Positions 39,200 to 49,900 of a DNA stretch of 64,000 nt are shown piece by piece (within the stretch, counting starts at the first letter, position 1; each line of letters starts with the position of its first letter). The position numbers and the translations under genes are program-made. Source of the DNA: an uncultured Gemmatimonadota bacterium (lineage in GTDB: Bacteria; GCA-2686955; CAYMWF01); the NCBI GenBank assembly GCA_964394085.1, contig CAYMWF010000002.1, positions 48,051 to 112,050 of the forward strand, written 5' to 3'. The notes under the pieces were generated by a model. The model was given only the letters and a program-made list of their open reading frames with translations, did not search any database and was not told where the DNA came from.

Positions 39200-39508
39200 G
39201 TGGGTATCAACGAAATTGCCGGGTTTCCCCCGGCGGGAAAATCGGAAAAGCCCGGCCGAATAGAGGATGGCGCAAAACCGGACACCGGTAAAAAATGCGC
39301 TGCCGGCGGCAGCATCGAGGCCGCGGCTGATTCATCCTTCGAGGGGCGCAAACAGGTTGAGGAGCTTTTGTCCAAGCTCCCTGATCAGGACATGGTGCGC
39401 CAGGAGAAGGTTGAAGAAATCCGTGAAAAAATCAGGGATGGTTTTTATGACGATCCGACTATCGTTGAGAGAGTCGCCGAATTTCTGACTTCCATTCTTG
39501 GACGATAG
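39200..39508 (+). CDS. flgM: Anti-sigma-28 factor FlgM-like (GTG start)
   Basis: The C-terminus VRQEKVEEIREKIRDGFYDDPTIVERVAEFL resembles the FlgM sigma-28-binding helices. AGGAG RBS 7 nt upstream of GTG. Confidence 0.6.
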   Translation: MGINEIAGFPPAGKSEKPGRIEDGAKPDTGKKCAAGGSIEAAADSSFEGRKQVEELLSKLPDQDMVRQEKVEEIREKIRDGFYDDPTIVERVAEFLTSILGR

Positions 39509-39699
39509 GCAAGTTTTTCCCTCCGCCTGCAGGGTTGCAGGTATTATTTTCCTTTCACACCACCCCTCCCATCGCCCCATCTTGCTGTATAATAACGACT
39601 TAGGAACTTGCCGCAAATGGTACGCCCCTTGCAAAACTATCTCCACAACTCGGTGTTTCTTAAAAGGAAACTCAAAACCGAACGGCAGGAGTGTGCGAA

Positions 39700-41415
39700 A
39701 TGGCGGTAACTATCAGGCAGAACCTTGCAGCAAGGTTCACATTAAAACATTTGGCGGATACCCAGCGGAAACTGGCGACATCCTTCGAGCGTCTTTCTTC
39801 CGGATATAAGATAAACAGAGCGTCAGATGATGCTGCGGGACTTGCACTCTCACAGAGAATCCGCGGGAGGATTTCAGGACTCAATCAGGCAGCTGACAAT
39901 TCCGAACTAGGAATCTCCATGCTTCGGGCGGCGGAATCCTCGCTGGCCGAAATTAATGCAATCCTGTTGCGAATGAGAGAGCTTGCGCTCCATGCCATGA
40001 ATGCCGGACCGAATGATGAATCGATGCTGGCCGCCGATCAGGCAGAAATATCCGCCTGCCTGGAAGGGATCGACAGGATAACGGCTGAAACCAGATTCGG
40101 TGACAAGCATCTGCTGGACGGAAGCAAGGCAAATATCATTTCAGTCAAAGAAAATGTGTCCGGCATCGTCGGCTCGACGAACAGCACGCTCTCAGAAGGA
40201 ACTCACGAGATCGATGTTTCGAACTGGATTGCTGCAAACCAGAGCATCAACAATCTCGATCTTGGATTGTCACAACCGATATTCCCGCATGGGCTTGCTG
40301 CCGGAGACCACACCATTTCAGTAATCCAGGAATCAGATTCAACGTATTTCGAGAGTGGCGTTCTTTACTTTGATGAACCCCTCGTTCTTACGGACGGAAT
40401 CAATGATCGATTCTATTTCTCTCTGGACGCCGCAGATCCTGTTACCGTGGATCTGGTCGCCGGAGGAGCAGTCACTTTCTCAGATCTGGATTCGCTGGCA
40501 ACGGTTGTGGAAGCGGCGGTGAAATCAGCTCTCGGGGGCGACCCGGATGATGAAATCCGTGTGACGGCGACGGAAGAGGGTGCTCTCCAATTTAAAACAA
40601 CGGATCACGGCACTGAGAGTTCTATCACGATTTCCGACTCCGACCTAGACGATTCAGCCTTAGCGGATCTGCATCTGGATTCGGGGACCGAATATGGGAA
40701 AAATGCGATAATAACACTGGATAATTTCGAAAATATCGTCAGCAACGTCGACAATCTTACTCCTTCTGAGATCGAGCTCAGGGACAAAGATAATAACGAT
40801 ATCACCTTCCAGATAGGAGACAGCTCAACCGGCATCAAGGCCGGTACTGCGGTGCTTACTATCAATCCTGAACGATTTCTTGTCAGTTTAGATGGTGGAC
40901 CGAAATTCGAATTCGAATCAGGAGAATGGAGTACTGTGTCGAACGGAAGTGAATCGATTCGACTGCTGTTCGGGGAATATGTTGCTGAAGGAACCAACAC
41001 TCTCGATGCGAGTGAAAACGCTCTCACTTTCAATATCAATGGCGAAACGGATTTTGCATTCGAGGGTGTAAGCCCTGCCCATCTCGGCCTCAGAGAAGGC
41101 AGGCTTTCAACCATCGATCTTTCTACGGCTGAAGGTGCAGCGAGTGCGCTGGAAGCCATTGACGAAGCTAACACCCTGGTTTCATCGGAACGAGCCAGGA
41201 TGGGCGCTTTTCAAAAAAATGTGCTCGAAGTGACCTTGAATCAGCTGCTTGTCGAAATTGAAAACCTGACAGCGGCGGAATCGGTTATTCGGGATGCCGA
41301 TTTTGCATTCGAGATTGCGGAGATGACTAAGCTGCAGATCATGCAGGAGGCCGGCACGGCTGTTCTCGCACAGGCGAATATCTCGCCGCAGACAGTGCTC
41401 AGGCTCCTTTCATAA
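39700..41415 (+). CDS. fliC: Flagellin paralog 2 (about 571 aa)
   Basis: AGGAG RBS before ATG at 39700. N-terminus LSSGYKINRASDDAAGLALSQRIRG and C-terminus LQIMQEAGTAVLAQANISPQTVLRLLS. Confidence 0.9.
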   Translation: MAVTIRQNLAARFTLKHLADTQRKLATSFERLSSGYKINRASDDAAGLALSQRIRGRISGLNQAADNSELGISMLRAAESSLAEINAILLRMRELALHAMNAGPNDESMLAADQAEISACLEGIDRITAETRFGDKHLLDGSKANIISVKENVSGIVGSTNSTLSEGTHEIDVSNWIAANQSINNLDLGLSQPIFPHGLAAGDHTISVIQESDSTYFESGVLYFDEPLVLTDGINDRFYFSLDAADPVTVDLVAGGAVTFSDLDSLATVVEAAVKSALGGDPDDEIRVTATEEGALQFKTTDHGTESSITISDSDLDDSALADLHLDSGTEYGKNAIITLDNFENIVSNVDNLTPSEIELRDKDNNDITFQIGDSSTGIKAGTAVLTINPERFLVSLDGGPKFEFESGEWSTVSNGSESIRLLFGEYVAEGTNTLDASENALTFNINGETDFAFEGVSPAHLGLREGRLSTIDLSTAEGAASALEAIDEANTLVSSERARMGAFQKNVLEVTLNQLLVEIENLTAAESVIRDADFAFEIAEMTKLQIMQEAGTAVLAQANISPQTVLRLLS

Positions 41416-41436
41416 GTTTCAGGAGGTGCAGAAAAT

Positions 41437-43791
41437 ATGTGCGCACTGATGAACATCGGAGGTATCATTTCAGGGTTCGATTCGCTCAGCCTTATTGATG
41501 CCACCATCGAGATCGGACGGGCACCGATCTACCGCATGCAGGAACGACAAACCGAGATCACTGATCAGATCTCGGCGTGGCAATCCCTGAATACAAAAAT
41601 GCTCGCATTCAAAATTTCCTGCGACAGCCTCAAATCCTCTTCCTCCTGGGACGTGTTCTCCTGCACCTCTTCAGACGATGATATCCTGACCGCAGATGCG
41701 GATTCTTCAGCACCCGCGGGTCTCTATACTTTTACAGTAAACGAGCTTGCAGCCAATCATCAAATCGCATCGAATGGGTTCGCCGACTCGGATGAAACGA
41801 CAATCGGCACCGGAACATTCACGCTTGAATACGGAGAGAACCTCTCCACCGAAATCGATATTGATGAAACCAACAATACTCTGGAAGGGCTTCGCGACGC
41901 CATCAACGATACGAGTCTCAATGTCACGGCTTCAATTATTAATACCGGCAGCGGCGACACTCCCTACCAGCTGATGATTTCCAGCGATGAAACGGGCACC
42001 GAAAACCTTCTCGATTACGAAATCGATTTGGAAGGCGGCACATCTCTCTACTTTACACAGATAGGTACGGTCAACGCAGCCAGTGCATGGTTGCCCGACC
42101 CTCCTTCGTCCACCTCGAGTGTCACTTCCGGAGGTTCCTATATAGGAACAGAGGATAAAACATATACCATTACCGCCACGTCGGGCGGGACGGTCGGGAC
42201 GGACGCAATAACCCTGAGCTGGGATGATGGAACCGGCAATACCGGCACGATTACCATACCTGCGGATTACGACACGGGAGATCCCGACGAAATCACGGTT
42301 GGAGACGAAGGCCTCACCTTGACATTCGGTGCGGGCGACATCGTCGTCGATGAAAACTTCACCGTTGCCGTGGAAACCGGCGGCTTGAACACGATTCAGG
42401 AAGGCTCTGACGCAGAGATTGTTTTCGGCGGTTCCGGAGTTGGCGACAACCCGATAACGATTACGAGTTCTTCGAACACCGTAACGGATTTGATCGAGGG
42501 AGTGACCATCAATCTGCAGTCAGCAGACTCGGACAGTCCTGTTACACTTACCATAGGCCGGGACACCGAACAACTGGTAACCAACATAGAGACGATGGTA
42601 TCGAATTACAACGAGGTCATGAGCTACCTCAATGCTCAAATGTCCTACGATGAATATTATGAAACCGGTGGTGTTCTCATGGGGGACCTCACCCTTCTGA
42701 CGATACAAAATGACATGCGAAACACCATAGGTCAGAAACTTACGGGGCAAGCGGACGGATACCAGCTGCTCTCTGAAATAGGAATCACATCAACGAATAC
42801 CGGTACACTCTCAGTAGACTCTTCCACGCTGAATGAGAAGATCGGATCCGACTTCGAAAGTTTCGCCGCCATGTTCAACGAGAGCGGAAGCGCTACTGAT
42901 AACAACATCAGGTTCCTTAGCGCGGGTGCAGATACGGTCGAATCAGGTGACGGTTATTTCATCAATATTACCCGGGCCGCATCCCAGGCTTCGACCACCG
43001 GTTCCTACTTTCAACTCGATGGAAGCAACCCGGTTACAATCAACGACACCAACAACAGGATCAAAATTAAAATCGACGGCGAGTCATCAGGGGTTGTTAC
43101 TCTCTCGAACGGAACTTATACGAGCGGGGAATCCCTGGCCGCAATGATAGAAGAACAAATAGATAACAGCGGGTTGGATGACAGTGGGTTTTCCGTAGAA
43201 TGGGAAGTTGATCCAGGGGATTCTTCCCGAGGAGGCATTGAGATCAAATCGGCCAGCTATGGAAGTACATCCACCGTTGAAATAGTCAGCACTGCTTCAT
43301 CGATATACAGTGATATCGGACTGACTGCCGGCGCTTCGGCAACAGGTCAAGACGTGGCAGGCACCATAAACGGCGAATCTGCCACGGGGACCGGTAAAAT
43401 TCTGACGGGCCTGTCGGGGAACGCCACGACTGATGGGTTGTCAATCGAAGTCAACCTGACCGCCGATCAACTCACACTACAGGGCGGTTCACAGGGAAGG
43501 GTTTCTTTCACCCGGGGAATCGCGTCAGATTTTTCTGCCGACATCGACAGATTTACCGATTCGTCGACCGGTATCATCGCTTCGAAAACAGGGGGGTTAG
43601 AGAGGCAGATTGAAGTCTTCGATGAACATATCGCTCGTATCGAAGACCAGCTTGAAATAAAGAGGGATCGCCTTATAGCAAAGTATACGGCAATGGAGGA
43701 AACGATTTCAATTTTGGAATCCCAGGGTCAGATCATGTCGATGCAGCTGCTCCAGCTCACAGGGAACTCCAGCAGCTCGGGATCTTCCTAG
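41437..43791 (+). CDS. fliD: Flagellar filament cap protein FliD (hook-associated protein 2)
   Basis: AGGAGG RBS. N-terminus GFDSLSLIDATIEI...QISAWQSLNTKM and a C-terminal coiled coil ...DRLIAKYTAMEETISILESQ. 784 aa. Confidence 0.8.
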   Translation: MCALMNIGGIISGFDSLSLIDATIEIGRAPIYRMQERQTEITDQISAWQSLNTKMLAFKISCDSLKSSSSWDVFSCTSSDDDILTADADSSAPAGLYTFTVNELAANHQIASNGFADSDETTIGTGTFTLEYGENLSTEIDIDETNNTLEGLRDAINDTSLNVTASIINTGSGDTPYQLMISSDETGTENLLDYEIDLEGGTSLYFTQIGTVNAASAWLPDPPSSTSSVTSGGSYIGTEDKTYTITATSGGTVGTDAITLSWDDGTGNTGTITIPADYDTGDPDEITVGDEGLTLTFGAGDIVVDENFTVAVETGGLNTIQEGSDAEIVFGGSGVGDNPITITSSSNTVTDLIEGVTINLQSADSDSPVTLTIGRDTEQLVTNIETMVSNYNEVMSYLNAQMSYDEYYETGGVLMGDLTLLTIQNDMRNTIGQKLTGQADGYQLLSEIGITSTNTGTLSVDSSTLNEKIGSDFESFAAMFNESGSATDNNIRFLSAGADTVESGDGYFINITRAASQASTTGSYFQLDGSNPVTINDTNNRIKIKIDGESSGVVTLSNGTYTSGESLAAMIEEQIDNSGLDDSGFSVEWEVDPGDSSRGGIEIKSASYGSTSTVEIVSTASSIYSDIGLTAGASATGQDVAGTINGESATGTGKILTGLSGNATTDGLSIEVNLTADQLTLQGGSQGRVSFTRGIASDFSADIDRFTDSSTGIIASKTGGLERQIEVFDEHIARIEDQLEIKRDRLIAKYTAMEETISILESQGQIMSMQLLQLTGNSSSSGSS

Positions 43792-43845
43792 TAAGGTGGT
43801 CAGAGGAGCAGTATATATGACTCTACATTATGCCAGGAGGGCTAA

Positions 43846-44232
43846 ATGAAAGCACAGAACAACGAGGGCGAAAAGGTTCTCGAAACCTACAAGCAGATTT
43901 TCGAGAACACGAAAGCGCAGGCGGATGCGCTGGAAAACAATGAGGAAGGCACGGATGAATTTGTGAAACTTCTCGAAAAACGAGGTAATCTCTTATCATC
44001 CCTCCCGTTCAACCGTCTCGACAGGAAAAACATGCCACCTGAACAGGTGACGGAGATTATCGCTCTTATCAGGGAGATTCTTCGTTTGGATATTCAGAAC
44101 AATATCTCGCTGGGAAAGTATATGAACACTTTAAAGGACGATACGAGCAGCTTCAATAAAAGCATAGATATGCTCGGGAGGTTTAAGGCGTTTCGGTCCG
44201 AGCCGCCGCGGTATTTCGACAGAAGAGAATAG
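43846..44232 (+). CDS. Small helical protein in flagellar locus (possible FliT/FlgN-like export chaperone)
   Basis: AGGAGG RBS. 128 aa. The position after fliD mirrors fliT in Bacillus-type operons. No diagnostic motif was recognised. Confidence 0.3.
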   Translation: MKAQNNEGEKVLETYKQIFENTKAQADALENNEEGTDEFVKLLEKRGNLLSSLPFNRLDRKNMPPEQVTEIIALIREILRLDIQNNISLGKYMNTLKDDTSSFNKSIDMLGRFKAFRSEPPRYFDRRE

Positions 44233-44242
44233 AATATAAAAA

Positions 44243-44767
44243 TTAATAACTTTCATCTGTATTAAGTTCTTTGTGCTTCCATCGAATTTTCCAAGCTTCT
44301 TTTTCTGGCCCTTCCGGGAGCAACTTCAGCCCTTCCGCAACCGCACATTCAGCCCTTTCACGATCCCCCAAACCGTGTCGAGCGACAGCCGCACCAAGAA
44401 AAGCCTCCTTTGAATCCGGATATCTCTCGATAAACGCGGAGAAAAGACTATCCGCTTCTCCAAACCGATGCGATCTGATTAAGCAGTAGCCTAGCGGAAG
44501 AGCGGCATCACGATTCGCAGGTTCTGTTTGCAGAACTGTTCTGAATAATTCTTCCGCGTCGCGAAACCTGTCTTCGCTCAACAGCTTGACACCTTCTCTA
44601 ACCATCTCATTTGTTTCGATTTCGGGTGATTGCTCGGTCAAACCTGCTTCCGAATCAATATCCTCTTCGTTGATTTCCACAACAGTACACCCATGTAAGA
44701 GAGCCGAGACAAAGAAGATTATTGACAGTAAGATAAATTCCCTGGGATTACGTTTTGTGTTCAACAT
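44243..44767 (-). CDS. TPR-like lipoprotein
   Basis: Lipobox LLHGC followed by TPR-like helical repeats. Confidence 0.45.
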   Translation of the reverse strand: MLNTKRNPREFILLSIIFFVSALLHGCTVVEINEEDIDSEAGLTEQSPEIETNEMVREGVKLLSEDRFRDAEELFRTVLQTEPANRDAALPLGYCLIRSHRFGEADSLFSAFIERYPDSKEAFLGAAVARHGLGDRERAECAVAEGLKLLPEGPEKEAWKIRWKHKELNTDESY

Positions 44768-46090
44768 TTAAACTTCGTCCAAAAGTTTACCGTACAGGTC
44801 GTAATCTGTACTATCGATAATCCGGACTTGGTTGAATTCTCCCGGTCGCATATCCCCCGCGTCGACGTGGACAGTTTGATCGATTTCGGGGGCATCCAAC
44901 TCAGTACGTCCCGTCCATTCATCCGTCGCCAGCACCTGAAGCGAACACCCGATTTTACCTTGGTTGAGCTCCCGCGAGATTTGTTTTTGGAGTAGCATCA
45001 GCTCGTTGAATCTACGCGATACTTCTCCAGCCGGCACCTGTTTCGGCAGGCCGGCTGCATGGGTTCCCTCTTCAGGTGAAAACCGGAATGCGCCAAGGCG
45101 TTCAAAACGAAACTCCCGCATAAAATCAAGCAGCTCTTCGAAATCACTTTCCGTTTCACCCGGAAAACCGACAATCATACTGGATCGCAGCGCCCAATCA
45201 GGCAACTCACGGCGTAGCCTTTCAGCAATCCTCTCTGGTCTTATTCTACCGTGTCCTCGTCTCATACTGGCTAGAATTCTTGGCGACGCGTGCTGGAACG
45301 GTACATCGAGACATCTGCAAATCTTTCGACTTTCCGCCAGTATCTCGATTAAATCGGTTGTAATGCCGGCGGGATGAAGATACAGGATTCGTATCCAGTA
45401 TTCGGCTTGTATCGTTTCAAGTTTCCTTAACAATTCGGGCAGTGCTCCGGCTTTAAAGCCGAGGTCCCGTCCAAATGTCGATGTATCCTGAGCAACAAGA
45501 ATAATTTCTTTGGCTCCCCCCTCTTCGATCAACATGCGGATTTCGGAAAACACGCTTATAATCGATCTGCTCTTCATGCGGCCGCGAATCGCCGGTATAG
45601 TGCAGAAAGAGCATCGTCTGTTACATCCTTCAGCCAGTTTGACGTAAACACTTGTACCGGGAAATGTAAAACGTTCGCTGGGTTGGTAAAGAGTCGCCGC
45701 CTTATTGCTTACGAAACGGCGTCTGCGACTATTCTTCTCAATCCTTGATAGTATTGTCGGAAGTTTCTTGTGATCATGCCCTTCAATAAAAAGATCCACT
45801 TCTGGAAGAGCATCGAACAGCTCTTTTCTATATCTAGCAGTCAGGCATCCATAAACCACGATGAAAGCATCGGTATCCCTGGCAAGTTCAAGAATCGTTT
45901 CGATCGACTCGCTCACAGCATCTTGGATAAAGCCGCAAGTATTGATCACAATGATTTCAGCGGATTCCGGGTCAGTTACAAGTTTCCATCCGTCACGGAC
46001 GATTGACGCAACTGCGAGTTCCGAATCAATTTCGTTCTTGGGGCATCCCAGTGTAATAAAAGCCACCCTGCGTCCAGGATTCCCTCTCAT
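44768..46090 (-). CDS. rimO: Ribosomal protein S12 methylthiotransferase RimO (radical SAM MTTase)
   Basis: VAFITLGCPKNEIDSE has the RimO-type GCPKN. Radical SAM core and TRAM domain follow. Start set at ATG 46088-46090 (AGGAGA RBS). Confidence 0.8.
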   Translation of the reverse strand: MRGNPGRRVAFITLGCPKNEIDSELAVASIVRDGWKLVTDPESAEIIVINTCGFIQDAVSESIETILELARDTDAFIVVYGCLTARYRKELFDALPEVDLFIEGHDHKKLPTILSRIEKNSRRRRFVSNKAATLYQPSERFTFPGTSVYVKLAEGCNRRCSFCTIPAIRGRMKSRSIISVFSEIRMLIEEGGAKEIILVAQDTSTFGRDLGFKAGALPELLRKLETIQAEYWIRILYLHPAGITTDLIEILAESRKICRCLDVPFQHASPRILASMRRGHGRIRPERIAERLRRELPDWALRSSMIVGFPGETESDFEELLDFMREFRFERLGAFRFSPEEGTHAAGLPKQVPAGEVSRRFNELMLLQKQISRELNQGKIGCSLQVLATDEWTGRTELDAPEIDQTVHVDAGDMRPGEFNQVRIIDSTDYDLYGKLLDEV

Positions 46091-46740
46091 TGCTTCATCT
46101 CCTGGAGAATCTCCCCGCTGCAATCGACCAGATCTGCTCCCCCCGGCAAAATCACATCGAAAAGATCGGGAGGATATGCAAGCCCGATCTCGAAGTCTTT
46201 GAATTCGTAAATTGTTTCCAGTCCCGATGCATCGCCAAGGACAATCCTTCGCAGGAGAAAATCGTTTTTCGTAAAAGCAAATGACATGGATGTATACTGC
46301 GCTGCCGTGCTCGGATCCAACACTTTAATGACAAGTTCATCCTGTAATTCTTCTATCTCATTAGAGGGGGATTCTATATACCGCCTGACCAGTTCGATGA
46401 AATCGAGAGATTCAGCACCGCGGCATCGCATCATCTGCTGGTTCTCGGGCGTGTAGAACCAAAAAGTATCCGCATGGGCGATTATAAATTGTCCGGACGG
46501 TTTTAAATACTCAATCCGGAACCGGTCCGGTTGAAGAAAACTGACCACACCTGAGTATGTCTCCATGCTATCTACCAGCGGGTGCCGGGTATGCTGATCG
46601 AACGAAGATCTCATCGATTCTATATTTTCATACCTGGCTTTGATTTTCGCGACGTGACTACTCAAAAAATCATCCACATTGTCCGCCACAGTATGATTCG
46701 TTAAGAATAGAAACAAAAAAAAAACGACCCGGTATTTCAT
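46087..46740 (-). CDS. lolA: Outer-membrane lipoprotein carrier LolA-like
   Basis: Signal peptide. ...FRIEYLKPSGQFIIAHADTFWFYTPENQQ matches the LolA core pattern. The conserved ftsK-lolA synteny is present. Confidence 0.6.
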   Translation of the reverse strand: MKYRVVFFLFLFLTNHTVADNVDDFLSSHVAKIKARYENIESMRSSFDQHTRHPLVDSMETYSGVVSFLQPDRFRIEYLKPSGQFIIAHADTFWFYTPENQQMMRCRGAESLDFIELVRRYIESPSNEIEELQDELVIKVLDPSTAAQYTSMSFAFTKNDFLLRRIVLGDASGLETIYEFKDFEIGLAYPPDLFDVILPGGADLVDCSGEILQEMKQ

Positions 46741-46762
46741 ATCATTTTCCTTTCAAGCTCGA

Positions 46763-49225
46763 TCAATCCTCATCTATTTCAAGATAAGCCTCCGGCGCGT
46801 TATCGCCTGATCCAATTTGGTCGAGATAGTCCTGGTCGACCAGAACCTCCCTGGCTTTACTGCCATCGAATTCACCCACGATTCCGGCTGCTTCGAGTTG
46901 ATCGATAAGCCTGGCCGCCCTGCTGTAACCTACCTTCAAACGACGCTGCAGCAACGAAATCGATCCCTGCTGGTGGATTACCACCAGCTCGAGTGCTTTG
47001 TTGAAAAGCGTATCCTGATCTGATAAATCCCGGTAGCCTTCACTTTGAGGTTCGCCGTTCTCCCCCTGCTCATCAGGTTCATGAAGTGAGACGAATTCCG
47101 CATCCAAGTTCTGGTTTAGTACAAATCCCACGATCCTCTTCACCTCATCCCCGGAGATCAAGGGTCCATGCAATCTGAGAAGTTCCGGACGGCCCGCTTC
47201 CATAAAAAGCATATCACCTTTACCAAGGAGTTTATCCGCTCCCATCCCATCGATTATTGTTCGTGAATCGATCTTCGATGCAACCTGGAATGCGATTCTC
47301 GACGGGAAATTCGCCTTAATCGTGCCGGTGATTACATTTACCGAAGGTCTTTGAGTTGCTAGAATAAGATGTATTCCCACCGCTCTCGCCTTTTGCGCCA
47401 ACCTTGCAATCGGAATGTCGATTTCATGACCGATGGTGACTACCAGGTCGGCCAACTCGTCTACAACCATGATGATAAATGGCAGCGTACTTCCATCTGC
47501 TTTTTCGAGTTCTTCACCATGTTCTCTCAGTTCAATAAGGCGCCTGTTATAATCCTCTATGTTCCGTACTCCGAACCTTGCCAGTTTCTTGTACCTGATC
47601 TCCATTTCGTGAACAGTCCACTGCAACGCGCCCATAACATCCTCATGAGATGTTATGACCGGACTCAACAGGTGAGGGATATTGTTGTAAAGAGTAAGCT
47701 CCAGTATTTTTGGATCTATCATGATGAATCGGACTTGATCCGGTCCGAACTTGAGAAGGATGCTGGATATGATTGTATTTATGCATACACTTTTTCCAGA
47801 TCCGGTTGCTCCTGCAATTAGTAGATGTGGCATATCCGCCAGGTCTGCAACAAAAGGCTCTCCAGTCGTTGTTTTTCCCATCGCAATTGGCAACCGATAA
47901 CCAGAATGCTGGAAAGATCTGTGGGAGAGAACATCTCTGAGGAAAACGGTCTCGGGTCTCCTGTTCGGAACTTCCACTCCGACAACCGATTTACCCGGAA
48001 CAGGAGCGACAATGCGGATTCTCTGAGCCTTCATCGTCATTGCCAGATCGTCAGCAAGAGCAACGATCTTGTTGATCTTCACACCCGCGGCTGGTTTAAT
48101 CTCAAAGCAAGTAATTATGGGACCAGGATTGATTTTTTCGACTCTTGATTCGATACCATACGATGCAAGCGTTTTTTCAAGTATTTTTGCCTGTTCATTC
48201 AGCTCGCGGCGTTCAGGCAGGCCGGTAGATGAATCGTTTTTGACGAGCAATGATAACGGAGGTTTACGATATACACCCGCCCGGCTTCCGCCAGATCTTT
48301 TCTTTGAGGTCGTTTTTCCGGCAACCTTTGCAATTGTCGCAGGTTTATTCAGAAGGTCCGGTGCAGTGATAATCGGAATTTGCCGGGAATCCCCATCTTC
48401 TTCCGAATCTTTGCGGTCCCGGCGGTTCCGATGAATCAGCTGCGCTTCTTCTTCATCTTGCCCTTGCTTTTTGATGCTCAGGATATAATTCAGTAGCTGT
48501 GATCCTGCTACGCGTAACCATCGAAATATTTTCACCATTGCTGAACTGAAACTATCCCACCCCCTCAACAGGTTCTCCAGGATTTTCCGGAATTTTATAT
48601 CCGTTTGAATCATCATTATTATCAACAGGAGCAGGACGGGCAACAGCACCGCTCCGATGTTTCCCAGGTAACTTTCAAGAATATCATTCAAGCGGTACCC
48701 TGCTTCACCACCCAAGTGGTGACCAAACCTGCTTGTCTGCTCCTGACCCGTCGAATCGAAACTCAAACCAAGCTTCGTCACTTTCTCAATAATCGAAACA
48801 ACGGCCAATACTCCGATCATCAGAACATAAACAAAAACCAACCTTCCTGTACGGATAAAGGGTTTTACCAGATCAGCGCCCAGAAGCAGAAGCACACCCG
48901 GTACTAAAAACGCACCCACTCCCAGTAAGCGGAAAAAAAAGCCGGCTGAATAATGTCCGGCAAGCCCCATCCAGTTTCCGAGTTTCAAATTAGTTAGATA
49001 TTTTGTCTCCGACTCAAGCAGGTGGGAATCATTAACCGAAAAGCTGAGGAGACCCGCGATAAGAAGAAAGGAGAAAGCTACTATAACTAATCCTGTTACA
49101 GCATTTTTTCGTCTAGGGGAAAGAACCGGATAATAGTTCCAAGCGATGATCAAGACACTCGTTGCAAGGAGCATCGATATCACAGAAATTATGACGAAAC
49201 CCGAAGTAAAAGCATACAGGAACAT
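46763..49225 (-). CDS. ftsK: DNA translocase FtsK
   Basis: N-terminal TM domain, motor-domain Walker A LLIAGATGSGKSV, and a C-terminal gamma winged-helix domain. Confidence 0.9.
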   Translation of the reverse strand: MFLYAFTSGFVIISVISMLLATSVLIIAWNYYPVLSPRRKNAVTGLVIVAFSFLLIAGLLSFSVNDSHLLESETKYLTNLKLGNWMGLAGHYSAGFFFRLLGVGAFLVPGVLLLLGADLVKPFIRTGRLVFVYVLMIGVLAVVSIIEKVTKLGLSFDSTGQEQTSRFGHHLGGEAGYRLNDILESYLGNIGAVLLPVLLLLIIMMIQTDIKFRKILENLLRGWDSFSSAMVKIFRWLRVAGSQLLNYILSIKKQGQDEEEAQLIHRNRRDRKDSEEDGDSRQIPIITAPDLLNKPATIAKVAGKTTSKKRSGGSRAGVYRKPPLSLLVKNDSSTGLPERRELNEQAKILEKTLASYGIESRVEKINPGPIITCFEIKPAAGVKINKIVALADDLAMTMKAQRIRIVAPVPGKSVVGVEVPNRRPETVFLRDVLSHRSFQHSGYRLPIAMGKTTTGEPFVADLADMPHLLIAGATGSGKSVCINTIISSILLKFGPDQVRFIMIDPKILELTLYNNIPHLLSPVITSHEDVMGALQWTVHEMEIRYKKLARFGVRNIEDYNRRLIELREHGEELEKADGSTLPFIIMVVDELADLVVTIGHEIDIPIARLAQKARAVGIHLILATQRPSVNVITGTIKANFPSRIAFQVASKIDSRTIIDGMGADKLLGKGDMLFMEAGRPELLRLHGPLISGDEVKRIVGFVLNQNLDAEFVSLHEPDEQGENGEPQSEGYRDLSDQDTLFNKALELVVIHQQGSISLLQRRLKVGYSRAARLIDQLEAAGIVGEFDGSKAREVLVDQDYLDQIGSGDNAPEAYLEIDED

Positions 49226-49243
49226 AAAGGCCGGTTCTCCGAT

Positions 49244-49900
49244 TCAGTTTCCCAATAGTCGTATCAACCTGTTCGAAATCTTCGAAATCCTTGCCGTTAA
49301 AAGCCCGAAATCTTCTGTGGCTTCCTTTGGGTGGAGAGCTGCACATACTGCAACACCAATCCAACCTGTAGGCATGATCTCATATAGGTTTTCTAGAGTG
49401 ATTCCACCGATCAGCATGCAGGGATGGTGTATCGTTCTAATAATCGAGGTCGCCAGGGATATACTCATAACCTCAACGGAAGGTTTAGTTGAACTCGGGA
49501 ATATTGCCCCCAGAGATAAAAAATCGGCACCTTCGCTTTTAGCTGAAAAAGCCTCCTCTTCGGAATGTACGGTTGCACCAACGAGTAAATCAGGGAAATG
49601 CCGTTTTACGGCTGATATCGGTATATCTGTAGATCCCAGATGTACTCCTTCTGCTCCTAACGTCTGAGCGATATCTGGACGATTGTTTACGAATAGCGGT
49701 ACCCCAGCTCGGGCAAGCACCGGTTTAAGTCGTAAACCCGCACCAAGCAAACTGATATCATCGATATCCGGAGCGCGCAGCTGAAAGGAAGTGATCCCGA
49801 ATGGAAGAATTGATTTGATGTATAAAGGGTATCGAACATCCGTCAGGTGTGACGGATCAGATAACATCTGAAGTTTTAGGATTTCAGGAAGGTGACCCAT
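49244..49900 (-). CDS. thiE: Thiamine-phosphate synthase
   Basis: FQLRAPDIDD...GAEGVHLGSTD...GADFLSLGAIFPSSTKP. Confidence 0.8.
   Translation of the reverse strand: MGHLPEILKLQMLSDPSHLTDVRYPLYIKSILPFGITSFQLRAPDIDDISLLGAGLRLKPVLARAGVPLFVNNRPDIAQTLGAEGVHLGSTDIPISAVKRHFPDLLVGATVHSEEEAFSAKSEGADFLSLGAIFPSSTKPSVEVMSISLATSIIRTIHHPCMLIGGITLENLYEIMPTGWIGVAVCAALHPKEATEDFGLLTARISKISNRLIRLLGN

Noticed and set aside
39560-39593. Possible promoter (TGTATAAT) upstream of flagellin 2
   Set aside because: No convincing -35 or sigma-28 element (the only TAAA...CCGAAC match is poor). Left out of the feature list as too speculative.
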